Source: Pseudobdellovibrionaceae bacterium
GTDB taxonomy: Bacteria; Bdellovibrionota; Bdellovibrionia; Bdellovibrionales; Bdellovibrionaceae
Reading direction: 5' to 3'
Assembly (NCBI GenBank): GCA_041288045.1
Contig: JBGGMM010000038.1
Span: 1-17,208 of the forward strand
DNA length: 17,208 bases
A program made the position numbers and the translations under genes. A model generated the notes under the pieces. The model ran no database searches. It was not told where the DNA came from and saw only the letters and a list, made by a program, of their open reading frames with translations. Of this stretch, positions 1 to 8,367 are shown one piece after another. Each line of letters opens with the position of its first letter. The stretch's first letter is position 1.

Positions 1-252
1 ACGCTCCAGCTCGGCAACTGCTGCTGGCTGAGATTCAAATGTGCAGTGAAAGTAAACCGCTTTTCTGTTTTTACCAATAGGGTTTGCTAGAGTTCGCTTT
101 CCCCATGTTTCCAAGGAATAGATTGATCCTTGAAATCCTTGGATGATGGATTTGTTCTTCTGAAACAGATCCTTCTGGTCCTGTGCTGTGGCATCAGGGT
201 GCATGAGAACAACAACCTCATAAGGTCGTTTTAAGACTTCGTTTTTTTCCAC
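1..252 (-). CDS. rpsF: 30S ribosomal protein S6 (5' part; runs off the left edge)
   Basis: Hand translation from GTG at 252 gives VEKNEVLKRPYEVVVLMHPDATAQDQKDLFQKNKSIIQGFQGSIYSLETWGKRTLANPIGKNRKAVYFHCTFESQPAAVAELER. It has the bS6 hallmarks YE-hydrophobic-P, WGKRxLAxPI and ELER. SD GGAAGGG lies 6 nt upstream. Not in the ORF track. Confidence 0.95.
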   Translation of the reverse strand, partial: MEKNEVLKRPYEVVVLMHPDATAQDQKDLFQKNKSIIQGFQGSIYSLETWGKRTLANPIGKNRKAVYFHCTFESQPAAVAELER

Positions 253-257
253 TTGTT

Positions 258-312
258 TCCCTTCCGGTTTAACAGCCGACTGACTTCCATTGGAGAGGTC
301 CTGCCAGCAAGG
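258..312 (-). promoter_or_regulatory. S6:S18 ribosomal protein leader (cis-regulatory RNA in the rpsF 5' UTR)
   Basis: Minus strand reads CCUU-GCUGGC-AGGACCUCUCCAAUGGAAGUCA-GUCGGC-UGUUAAA-CCG-GAAGGGA. GCUGGC pairs with GUCGGC, CCUU pairs with AAGG of the SD, and an unpaired CCG lies between them, as in the known S6:S18-binding leader. Confidence 0.75.
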
Positions 313-384
313 TTTTTTGGAAGGGTTGAGTTAACATGGGTTTGGACTATTCTCAAGCGAAGAAGAGGGTTTAGAATAAAGAGC

Positions 385-1086
385 ATGGCGCTTTTTCTCG
401 AGATTATTGAAGGACCACAAGAAGGTCAAAAATTCAGGCTCATTGAGGGGCTTCGGGTGGGTCGAACAACCGGCGAAATTCAGCTTTCTGACCCGAAAGT
501 CTCATCGCTGCACGCGCAGATTGAAAGTTCTGAAAATGGTCAGTTATTTCTTGTAGATAGAGGATCATCCAATGGCATTCGGATCAATGGAAACCGAGTG
601 CAGAGAGCAGCAATGCTGCCGGGCGTTAGGCTGCAAATTGGAAAAACTCTCTTTCGCGTTGTCGAGATTGCGGCGGCCCCGTCCCCTCTGGCCGAAATTG
701 AAACCACAGATGGCTGGAAGAGCATTCTTAAGACTCGAATCCCACAGGCGCCTTCCCAGAACCTGACTAGCGCGGCCTTGGTCCAGGCTTTTCAACCCCT
801 GCTTCAACTGGAGTTTTTAGAAGGGCTTCAAGCTGAAACAAAAATGGTTCTTGGATATGGTCCGCGAAAAGCCGGGAGTGATGTCTTAGATATTGAGCTT
901 CAAGAGCCTTCAGCTCCTGACATTGCTTTTGAGCTTTTTCCTGAGAAAGACGGCAGCGTTCGTTTTTTAACTGCTCATCCCGATTTGGTCTTACTTAATG
1001 ACTCGGCAATTTCCTCCGATACTTTAAAATCTGGAGATCAAATTCGTATTGGCTCCTCTTTAATTGAGGTCAAATTTCTTGTATGA
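385..1086 (+). CDS. Tandem FHA-domain protein (one near-canonical, one degenerate FHA)
   Basis: N-terminal FHA motifs VGR, DPKVSSLHA and DRGSSNGIRING; C-terminal FHA-like end VLLN...LKSGDQIRIG. Start moved to ATG 385 because the longer TTG start at 253 overlaps the rpsF leader. Confidence 0.85.
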   Translation: MALFLEIIEGPQEGQKFRLIEGLRVGRTTGEIQLSDPKVSSLHAQIESSENGQLFLVDRGSSNGIRINGNRVQRAAMLPGVRLQIGKTLFRVVEIAAAPSPLAEIETTDGWKSILKTRIPQAPSQNLTSAALVQAFQPLLQLEFLEGLQAETKMVLGYGPRKAGSDVLDIELQEPSAPDIAFELFPEKDGSVRFLTAHPDLVLLNDSAISSDTLKSGDQIRIGSSLIEVKFLV

Positions 1087-1964
1087 AAAAAGCTGTTTCA
1101 TTTCGCTCAGGACATTTTCGCAGCTTTGATGGAACGCCCATTTATTATGAAGTGCGCGGCCAGGGAGAGCCCATCGTTTTTATTTACGGACTGGCTTGTC
1201 TGATCAATCATTGGCATTTTCAAATCGAGCATTTCTCCCAAACTCATCAAGTGATTGCTTTTGATATTCGCGCTCACCATCGATCTGGAATCCCGTCAGA
1301 TCCACAAAACATGTCCCTTGATGCCATTGGCAAAGACATTCCCTATTTGCTCCGCGAGCTGGGGATTCGCAAAGCCCATTTTGCCGGTCATAGCTTTGGA
1401 GCTCCTAGCATGCTCAAAACCTATGAACATTCTCCGGAGCTTTTTAAATCCATGGTTTTCATCAATGGCTTTGCTAAAAATCCGATTCGAGGGATGTTTG
1501 GACTGGATCTGGTTGAACCCATTTTTAAATTCGTCAAAACCAATTACGAAAAAAACCCCGGGGTCTTTGATTTGATCTGGAAAAAGATTGTTGAAAATCC
1601 TCTCTCGATTTTAGGGTCCGGGTTGGTGGGCGGATTCAACCTCAATCTCACGCAGCTAAAAGACATTGAGATTTATGCTCGTGGTGTTGCGCAGATGTCT
1701 CTGCGGGTTTTCATGCCCTACTTTGAAGACATGATGGCCTTTAACGGGGAAAAAATCGCATCCCAAGTCCGGGTACCAACACTGATCATTAGCGGTGATA
1801 AGGACATGGTCACGCCGCTGCAGTTTCAAGAGGACCTTCATCATTTAATCAAGAAAAGCGAATTTGTCAGAATCCCTTATGGCTCACACTGCACTCAGCT
1901 CGATTTTCCCGATTATATCAATTTGAAGATGGATCGCTTTTTTGCAGAAATCGAAAAGAAGTGA
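1083..1964 (+). CDS. Alpha/beta-fold hydrolase (esterase/lipase-like)
   Basis: DGTPIYY...G.GEPIVFIYG, FDIRAHHRS, nucleophile elbow GHSFG, acid in ISGDKD, His in YGSH. ATGA overlap with the FHA gene. Confidence 0.92.
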   Translation: MKKAVSFRSGHFRSFDGTPIYYEVRGQGEPIVFIYGLACLINHWHFQIEHFSQTHQVIAFDIRAHHRSGIPSDPQNMSLDAIGKDIPYLLRELGIRKAHFAGHSFGAPSMLKTYEHSPELFKSMVFINGFAKNPIRGMFGLDLVEPIFKFVKTNYEKNPGVFDLIWKKIVENPLSILGSGLVGGFNLNLTQLKDIEIYARGVAQMSLRVFMPYFEDMMAFNGEKIASQVRVPTLIISGDKDMVTPLQFQEDLHHLIKKSEFVRIPYGSHCTQLDFPDYINLKMDRFFAEIEKK

Positions 1965-1988
1965 GGCCTGGATATTAAAATCCAGGCC
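1965..1988. terminator. Hairpin between convergent genes (probable terminator or RNA stabiliser)
   Basis: Perfect 9-bp stem GGCCTGGAT-attaaa-ATCCAGGCC directly after the hydrolase stop. No immediately adjacent U-tract. Confidence 0.6.
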
Positions 1989-1998
1989 CGCCGCCGTT

Positions 1999-3642
1999 TT
2001 ATCGGTAGGAAACTTTTGTTAAATCAAATCCGTATTTTTCGACTGAATCGTCTGAAGTGAAAACCACGCGAACATAATCGCCCGTGATCACAGGTCCATA
2101 GGCATCATCCATCGAGCCGCTAAGGTCCGTCACCTTTTCGCCAGCACGATTGAAAAGGCTGACTTTGTCATAGCCTCTTTCAGTCTCAAAGCGCGAGAAA
2201 TAAAGAGCGATTTCCTTGGCGCCAGGGATTTCAACCTCATAAGTCTCTTCTGTTCCACCTTTGTACGGGTGAGCAGACGAAATTGCTAACGGTTGAGATT
2301 GCCAATGAATTGGATCGTTCATATCTGGGGGCGCTTCTTGTCCTGTCAGTGCAAAATAAGCATTGACCATGCCGCCTGAAGAAACTTTGCTCCGCAAAGA
2401 AGCCAAAGGTCTTCTAGAGGCCATCAGTCGCTGGCGAATTTGCAAGTGACTCAGGGAAGGATCTTTGGCTGCCAGCAGTGCTGCGACTCCTGAAACATGT
2501 GGAGTTGCCATTGAAGTGCCGGACCAAATGGCGTAGCTGTTGTTGCCAATGGATGAGTAAATGTTCACTCCTGGTGCTGCAATATGCACAGATTGCTTTC
2601 CGTAATTGGAAAAAGAGGCCAGCTGTCCGTTGTTATCAATTGCAGCTACGGACAAGACATTGGGAACATTGTAATTGGACGGGAAGTGCGGACTGATGTC
2701 ATTGTTGGTTCCATCATTCCCTGCAGCTGCGACAAAAAGCGCTCCTTCTGAGTGGGCTCGTTGAATCGCTTCTTTCAAAAGCTCAGATTCTCCACCGCCG
2801 CCCCAAGAGTTGCTCAGAATTTTAGCTCCAGCTTTAGTTGCATAATCAATCGCCAGAATGGCGCCTTCCAGTGATCCGCCTCCATCAGCGCCAAGAAATT
2901 TTGCAGAGAGGATTTTCACTTTCCAATTGACGCCGACAATCCCTTTGCCGTCGTCACCTCGGCCGCCAATTGTGCCTGCACAGTGAGAACCGTGACCATG
3001 ATCATCATCAGATTCAGGAGTTGGTTTTTCTGCATCAACAAAATTATAGCCATGAATGTCATCAACATAGCCGTTGTTATCATCGTCAACTTCGGGCTTG
3101 CCATTGGCTTCTGCCTCGTTGACCCACACATTGTCTTTCAAATCAGGATGGTGGCTATCGACACCGGTGTCGATGACAGCAACCAAGACATCCTCTGATC
3201 CTGTTGAGAGATCCCAGGCTCTTTCGGCATCAATATCAATTCCAGAAGTTCCGTTGGCCTTTGTGTCGCTTTGTCCGAAATTCTTCAATCCCCACAGTCT
3301 TTGCAGTTCTGGATCGTTCGGCGTTTTGATGGCTCGGTAGATATAGTTGGGTTCAACCAATTCGACATTTGGATTTTGCGAAAGACTTTTGATCACTGAT
3401 TTAGAAGTTTGAACAGTTGCTTTTTGAATTCGCACAATTCGATGTTCTGGAATCGTGCTTTCAATTGGAGCTCCGAGCTCCTTTTCGATTTTTTTTAAGT
3501 CTTGTCCGAAAAGGGGGGCTTTGAGTTTGACCAGGTATTCGCCTGGAACCGCCTCAGCTTCTTGCGCTTTTGCAGATGAGAGGTTGAGTAACAGCATTGA
3601 GGTCAGCACTGCCGAAATGGTCAGTGGGTGGCGAATCCTCAT
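1999..3642 (-). CDS. Secreted S8 (subtilisin-family) serine peptidase with propeptide and C-terminal CUB-like domain
   Basis: Triad motifs VAVIDTG, HGHGSHCAG and SGTSMATPHVSG; oxyanion AAAGN; signal peptide ending AKA-Q; propeptide VPGEYLVKLK...VEPNY. ATG 3642 chosen because SD AAGGAGG precedes it. Confidence 0.95.
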   Translation of the reverse strand: MRIRHPLTISAVLTSMLLLNLSSAKAQEAEAVPGEYLVKLKAPLFGQDLKKIEKELGAPIESTIPEHRIVRIQKATVQTSKSVIKSLSQNPNVELVEPNYIYRAIKTPNDPELQRLWGLKNFGQSDTKANGTSGIDIDAERAWDLSTGSEDVLVAVIDTGVDSHHPDLKDNVWVNEAEANGKPEVDDDNNGYVDDIHGYNFVDAEKPTPESDDDHGHGSHCAGTIGGRGDDGKGIVGVNWKVKILSAKFLGADGGGSLEGAILAIDYATKAGAKILSNSWGGGGESELLKEAIQRAHSEGALFVAAAGNDGTNNDISPHFPSNYNVPNVLSVAAIDNNGQLASFSNYGKQSVHIAAPGVNIYSSIGNNSYAIWSGTSMATPHVSGVAALLAAKDPSLSHLQIRQRLMASRRPLASLRSKVSSGGMVNAYFALTGQEAPPDMNDPIHWQSQPLAISSAHPYKGGTEETYEVEIPGAKEIALYFSRFETERGYDKVSLFNRAGEKVTDLSGSMDDAYGPVITGDYVRVVFTSDDSVEKYGFDLTKVSYR

Positions 3643-3739
3643 GAGCCCTCCTTGGGTCAAGTGTAGTTAGGATTTCCTCTTTATGTTAACTGTCAGATTA
3701 AGAACTGCTAGATGACAAAGATAATTCTGTGCGAAAGCA

Positions 3740-3949
3740 CTAGGAAACTTTTGCCGGCTTCCGACTTTGATCCTGGAGAAATGGAAAACTCAGTTGTTCT
3801 GGCTCTTTGGTTTGCTGCTTTTCAGAGGGGGTTTGAACAGTAATCCCAGTTGAATTTTTAATGAGATGCTTTAAAAAAGCCTCTTTTGCACTCGCGGGCG
3901 CATCTTCGCGAAAGCCCATCTCCTTCATGATATCGCCGATCTTTTTCAT
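3740..3949 (-). CDS. Small hypothetical protein (69 aa)
   Basis: ATG start with SD-like GAGAGG and a sigma28-like promoter just upstream. Fills the gap between sdhB and the protease on the same strand. Confidence 0.75.
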   Translation of the reverse strand: MKKIGDIMKEMGFREDAPASAKEAFLKHLIKNSTGITVQTPSEKQQTKEPEQLSFPFLQDQSRKPAKVS

Positions 3950-3966
3950 TAAAACCTCTCGGTTTT

Positions 3967-3993
3967 ATTTCGGCATTTCTGATGATGGACTTA
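3967..3993 (-). promoter_or_regulatory. Putative sigma28 (FliA) promoter for the 69-aa gene
   Basis: Minus strand TAAG-N15-GCCGAAAT versus consensus TAAA-N15-GCCGATAA, with exact spacing. It ends 17 nt before the ATG. Confidence 0.65.
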
Positions 3994-4015
3994 AGTTTGG
4001 ATCTGACGATGGTCT
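3978..4015. repeat. Imperfect 14-bp direct repeat, 24-bp period
   Basis: TCTGATGATGGACT (3978-3991) and TCTGACGATGGTCT (4002-4015), 12/14 identical. Confidence 0.6.
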
Positions 4016-4016
4016 A

Positions 4017-4811
4017 TTAAACTCCGTCGCCAGCGACTTCTTTTCTTTGATTCAGAGTTGCTTTGAGGCGCTCTCGGTTCATGGTTGCGATATTCGCGAG
4101 GCTGATGCCTTTCGGGCAAGAGTTTGCACAAGCACCAATCGAAGTGCAGTTTCCGAAGCCCTCGTGATCCATTTGCGCAACCATGTCTCGGGCTCTTTCG
4201 CCGCGCTCGACTTGACCTTGTGGCAAAAGCGCCATGTGAGAAACTTTGGCTGCTGTAAAGAGCATCGCAGACGCATTTTTACAGGCCGCTACACAAGCTC
4301 CACACTGGATGCAAGTGGCAGCTTCAAAAGCAGCATCTGCATCTGGCTTCGGAACAGGGAGGCAGTTGGCATCTTGCGAATTTCCAGTGTCGACAGAAAT
4401 ATAACCGCCAGCAATGTTGATCCGATCCAAAGCTGAGCGATTTGTCATAAGGTCTTTCACCATTGGAAATGCCTTGGCTCTCCAGGGCTCTAGAACTAAA
4501 GTTTCGCCGTCTTTGAAAAATCGCATGTGCAATTGGCAGACTGTAGTTCCCTTGAGTGGCCCATGCGCTTCGCCGTTGATCATAAAACCACAGCTCCCAC
4601 AAATTCCTTCGCGGCAGTCGTGATCAAAAACAATCGGCTCATCGCCCTTGAGCACCAGCTGCTCATTGACCTGATCAAGCATTTCTAAAAACGAGGCGTC
4701 TTCAGAGACATTCTGTGCGTCGTACTCAACAAACTTGCCACCATCCTTTGCGGATTTTTGGCGCCAAACTTTCAGTTTCAGATTTAATTTTTTTCCGGAT
4801 CCGCTTCCCAT
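4017..4811 (-). CDS. sdhB: Succinate dehydrogenase/fumarate reductase iron-sulfur subunit
   Basis: CREGICGSC...C ([2Fe-2S]), [11 protein letters not shown] and [12 protein letters not shown] cysteine clusters; directly downstream of sdhA. Confidence 0.97.
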   Translation of the reverse strand: MGSGSGKKLNLKLKVWRQKSAKDGGKFVEYDAQNVSEDASFLEMLDQVNEQLVLKGDEPIVFDHDCREGICGSCGFMINGEAHGPLKGTTVCQLHMRFFKDGETLVLEPWRAKAFPMVKDLMTNRSALDRINIAGGYISVDTGNSQDANCLPVPKPDADAAFEAATCIQCGACVAACKNASAMLFTAAKVSHMALLPQGQVERGERARDMVAQMDHEGFGNCTSIGACANSCPKGISLANIATMNRERLKATLNQRKEVAGDGV

Positions 4812-4820
4812 TGTTGACCT

Positions 4821-6734
4821 CTATTTGTACGAGCGAGTTGCTAGCTTCACGTTCTCGAATTTGAGTTCTTCTTTATGAAGCGCGTGTTGTTTGCCGACGC
4901 CGTTGAATTCCCAAGCGGCCACATAAGAGTACTTCTCATCATCCCGCTGGGCTTCACCATCCACCTGGTACTCCTCACGGAAGTGACCACCACAGGATTC
5001 ATTTCTTTCAAGAGCATCCCGGCACATCAGCTCGCCGAGCTCGATGAAATCCGCGACTCGCCAAGCCTTTTCAAGCTCGGGATTGACGTCACCGGCATCC
5101 CCGGGGATGCGGACGTTGCTCCAAAACTCTTCTCGCAGTTTCGGAAGAAGCTGCAAAGCCTTTTGCAAACCTTGGGCGTTACGGGACATTCCGCAGTACT
5201 CCCACATGATGCGGCCCAATTCTTTGTGAATGCTGTCAACGGTTCGATTGCCCTTGATCGTCATCAGTTTTGAAATTGTGCTCTTCACATTGTTTTCAGC
5301 TTCTTGAAAAGCCGCATGAGATGTCTGCACTTTTTCAAATTTTGTTCCGGCAATGTAGTTTCCGACTGTAAATGGCAATACAAAGTATCCGTCCGCAAGC
5401 CCCTGCATGAGTGCTGAAGCTCCCAACCGGTTGGCTCCATGATCAGAAAAATTCGCTTCTCCAGCTACAAAAAGTCCTGGAATAGAGCTCATCAAATTGT
5501 AATCCACCCACAATCCGCCCATTGTGTAATGCGGGGCTGGGTAAATTCGCATCGGAGTTTCATATGGATTTTCACCCGTGATCTTTTCATACATTTCAAA
5601 AAGATTTCCGTAGCGTTCGGCAATCGCACTTTTCCCTAAGCGGCTGATGGCGTCTTGAAAATCCAAGTAAACAGCCAGACCCGTGGGTCCAACTCCATGC
5701 CCCTCATCGACTCGAAATTTGGCCTGTCGTGAAGCCACATCTCGAGGTGCAAGATTTCCAAAGCTGGGGTAAATGCGCTCCAGGTAATAGTCTCTTTCGC
5801 TTTCCGGAATTTGAGACGGTGGTCGCTTGTCACCCTTCGTCTTTGGAACCCAAACGCGGCCGTCATTTCGAAGTGATTCCGACATCAGCGTCAGCTTTGA
5901 TTGCAGCTCTCCGGAAACCGGGATGCAAGTGGGATGGATTTGGGTAAAGCAGGGGTTCGCAAAAAAGGCCCCTCGCTTGTGGGCTTTCCAAGCAGCAGTC
6001 ACTGCGCAGGCCATGGCGTTGGTGGATAGGAAAAAAACATTCGAATATCCGCCGGTCGCAAGAATGACGACATCGGCTTCATAAGATTCAATCGCTCCGG
6101 TTAAAAGATTTCGCGCAACGATCCCGCGCGCTTTGCCGTCAACCATCACAAGATCCAACATTTCACGTCGCGAATAGAGCTCGACTTGCTTTTTTTCAAC
6201 TTGCCTCATCATTGCCGAGTAGGCACCGATGAGAAGCTGCTGACCCGTTTGCCCTCGGGCATAGAATGTTCTTGAAACCTGGGCTCCACCGAAAGAGCGA
6301 TTGGCAAGAAGGCCCCCATACTCTCGAGCAAATGGAACTCCTTGAGCCACACAGTGATCAATGATTTGAGTGGAAACCTCGGCCAATCGGTGGACATTGG
6401 CTTCTCTGGCCCGAAAGTCTCCACCTTTAACGGTGTCATAGAAAAGACGATGGACACTATCACCATCGTTTTTATAATTTTTAGCAGCGTTAATCCCGCC
6501 CTGTGCCGCCACTGAGTGAGCACGGCGCGGACTTTCATGCACACAGAAAGCTTTGACGTTGTAACCAAGTTCTCCCAGAGAGGCAGCGGCACTGGCCCCG
6601 GCGAGTCCTGTCCCAACCACGATGACTGTGTGTTTTCGTTTGTTTGCTGGATTCACCAGCTTCATGTGAAACTTATGATCGTCCCATTTTTTTTCAATTT
6701 CGCCAGAAGGGACTTTTCCATCTAATGTTGCCAT
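4821..6734 (-). CDS. sdhA: Succinate dehydrogenase/fumarate reductase flavoprotein subunit
   Basis: [11 protein letters not shown]-binding motif, [10 protein letters not shown] (covalent FAD His), [36 protein letters not shown]. Confidence 0.97.
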   Translation of the reverse strand: MATLDGKVPSGEIEKKWDDHKFHMKLVNPANKRKHTVIVVGTGLAGASAAASLGELGYNVKAFCVHESPRRAHSVAAQGGINAAKNYKNDGDSVHRLFYDTVKGGDFRAREANVHRLAEVSTQIIDHCVAQGVPFAREYGGLLANRSFGGAQVSRTFYARGQTGQQLLIGAYSAMMRQVEKKQVELYSRREMLDLVMVDGKARGIVARNLLTGAIESYEADVVILATGGYSNVFFLSTNAMACAVTAAWKAHKRGAFFANPCFTQIHPTCIPVSGELQSKLTLMSESLRNDGRVWVPKTKGDKRPPSQIPESERDYYLERIYPSFGNLAPRDVASRQAKFRVDEGHGVGPTGLAVYLDFQDAISRLGKSAIAERYGNLFEMYEKITGENPYETPMRIYPAPHYTMGGLWVDYNLMSSIPGLFVAGEANFSDHGANRLGASALMQGLADGYFVLPFTVGNYIAGTKFEKVQTSHAAFQEAENNVKSTISKLMTIKGNRTVDSIHKELGRIMWEYCGMSRNAQGLQKALQLLPKLREEFWSNVRIPGDAGDVNPELEKAWRVADFIELGELMCRDALERNESCGGHFREEYQVDGEAQRDDEKYSYVAAWEFNGVGKQHALHKEELKFENVKLATRSYK

Positions 6735-6741
6735 GATTCAC

Positions 6742-7425
6742 CTATCTCGCTGAGAAGAAAATATAAAGAGGTTGTGCCATAAAACCCAAAGCCACAATCA
6801 GCCCATAGCCAATGCTGATTTTTTGGATCAGCGGCGCATAGTGGTCATTTTTCAGCCCAAAGGATTGAAAAATGGAGCCAACGCCGTGTCGAAGATGAAG
6901 GCCCAAGAAAATCAAGGCCACCACATACCAAACGACATAGCCTGGCCGCTGAAAAACCTCGACCATCAGACGATGCAAGTCGCGCATGGTGACTCCATCA
7001 ACTGTTGTTTCGTAATAAGTGCCATACTTGAAAGTTGCCAAGTGAAGGATCACGAAAGCCAATATCAAACTGCCCTGTATGGCCATCGTTCGCGAGGCCC
7101 AGTTCCCGCCTTTTTCTCCCTTTGGCGTCACTGCGTATCGCTGTTGGCCGCGAGCTGCGCGATTTTCCAGGGTCAGCCAAATCGCCATCGTCACATGCAC
7201 GATCAAAGCGAGAACTAAAATAATTTCGGCTGGGATGAGAATTCCGCCAGAGACGATGGCGTGACCGTATTTGTTATAGGCATCGGGTCCGATAAAAATC
7301 AGAAGGTTTCCTGCCATGTGGCTTAAAACAAAGCCGGCCCAAATCAGGCCAGTGAAGCCCATGAGATACTTTTTGCCAATGCTTGTGAGGAAAAACGGCC
7401 TTATCGCAGATGCTATAGCTTCCAT
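6742..7425 (-). CDS. sdhC: Succinate dehydrogenase cytochrome b subunit (single 5-TM anchor, b558-type)
   Basis: TSIGKKYLMGFTG start motif, five hydrophobic segments, and four candidate haem-ligand His (LSHMAGN, IVHV, ILHL, LHLRHG). ATG 7425 preferred; the ORF track extends to 7455. Confidence 0.93.
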   Translation of the reverse strand: MEAIASAIRPFFLTSIGKKYLMGFTGLIWAGFVLSHMAGNLLIFIGPDAYNKYGHAIVSGGILIPAEIILVLALIVHVTMAIWLTLENRAARGQQRYAVTPKGEKGGNWASRTMAIQGSLILAFVILHLATFKYGTYYETTVDGVTMRDLHRLMVEVFQRPGYVVWYVVALIFLGLHLRHGVGSIFQSFGLKNDHYAPLIQKISIGYGLIVALGFMAQPLYIFFSAR

Positions 7426-7582
7426 AATGTGAATGCCCTTCAAATGGATTTTCAATCAGCTTTCACTTGTAATCTTCAAGACCGTTTTTGTCCAGTCGGA
7501 GCATCATGTTAGCAAGACCAAGATTTCTTTGCCTGACTTGTCTTTTTAGCTGATATTGCGAGAGTTTATGTGAGGTAAAAAA

Positions 7583-8356
7583 ATGAAATTCTTTGTCTGT
7601 ATTAAGCAGGTTCCAGATACTGAAACCAAGATCAAAATTGGCAGTGATACTCAGTCAATTGACACGACTGGTATTAAATGGGTCATGAATCCTTACGATG
7701 AATATGCTGTCGAAGAAAGCGTCAAGCTTCGCGATTCCAACCCAGGATCTCAGGTTTGGGTTCTCAGTGTCGGACCCAAAAAACGAACTGTCGAAACTTT
7801 GCGCACAGCTCTCGCGATGGGAGCCGACGAGGCCATTGCCGTTGATGCCCCTGAAAACTTGGACCCTTACCAAACTGCAAAAGCTTTGGCCGCGGTCATT
7901 CAGCAAGAAGGTGGAGCGAAAGTGATTTTCACAGGTAAGCTGGCAATTGACGACAATGCCTCTTGCGTGAGCCAAATGACAGCCGAGTTTTTAAAAGTTC
8001 CACACACAACTGTTGTGTCTAAATTTTCTCTGAGTGCCGAAAATATTCTTGTGGAAAGAGATGTGGAAGGTGGGGCTAAAGAGGTTGTGCAAATGCTCGC
8101 CCCAGCGGTCGTCGCTGCAAACAAAGGTTTGAACATGCCTCGATATGCCAGTCTTCCGGGCATTATGAAGGCAAAAAAGAAGGTCATCAAAGAGTTGGAT
8201 TTCGCCGGCCTCAACACAGGCGCATCTGCAAAAACCAAAGTCTTGTCGTTGGAGCTGCCGCCCGAAAAACCGCCAGTGAAAATGCTGCAAGGTGATTCTT
8301 CAGCTCAAGTGTCGGCACTAGTTAAGGCGCTTCGAGACGAAGCCAAAGTTCTGTAA
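7583..8356 (+). CDS. etfB: Electron transfer flavoprotein beta subunit
   Basis: VCIKQVPDTE, MNPYDEYAVE, ALAMGAD, PRYASLPGIMKAKKK; SD GAGG. Confidence 0.97.
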   Translation: MKFFVCIKQVPDTETKIKIGSDTQSIDTTGIKWVMNPYDEYAVEESVKLRDSNPGSQVWVLSVGPKKRTVETLRTALAMGADEAIAVDAPENLDPYQTAKALAAVIQQEGGAKVIFTGKLAIDDNASCVSQMTAEFLKVPHTTVVSKFSLSAENILVERDVEGGAKEVVQMLAPAVVAANKGLNMPRYASLPGIMKAKKKVIKELDFAGLNTGASAKTKVLSLELPPEKPPVKMLQGDSSAQVSALVKALRDEAKVL

Positions 8357-8367
8357 AGGAAACAAAT

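Noticed and set aside
328..356. Candidate sigma70 promoter for rpsF (TTGAGA-N17-TAACTC, minus strand)
   Set aside because: Position is plausible but the -10 lacks the conserved final T; not supportable without TSS data.
253..384. 44-aa N-terminal extension of the FHA ORF from TTG 253
   Set aside because: It overlaps the rpsF SD and leader on the opposite strand, has no RBS, and the FHA fold begins right after ATG 385.
3729..3740. GTGC-gaaa-GCAC mini-hairpin at the 69-aa gene stop
   Set aside because: Only a 4-bp stem with no U-tract; too weak to call a terminator.
3861..4436. 191-aa plus-strand ORF
   Set aside because: Antisense shadow of sdhB and the 69-aa gene, with no motifs. Its repeated SDDGL merely reflects the DNA direct repeat.
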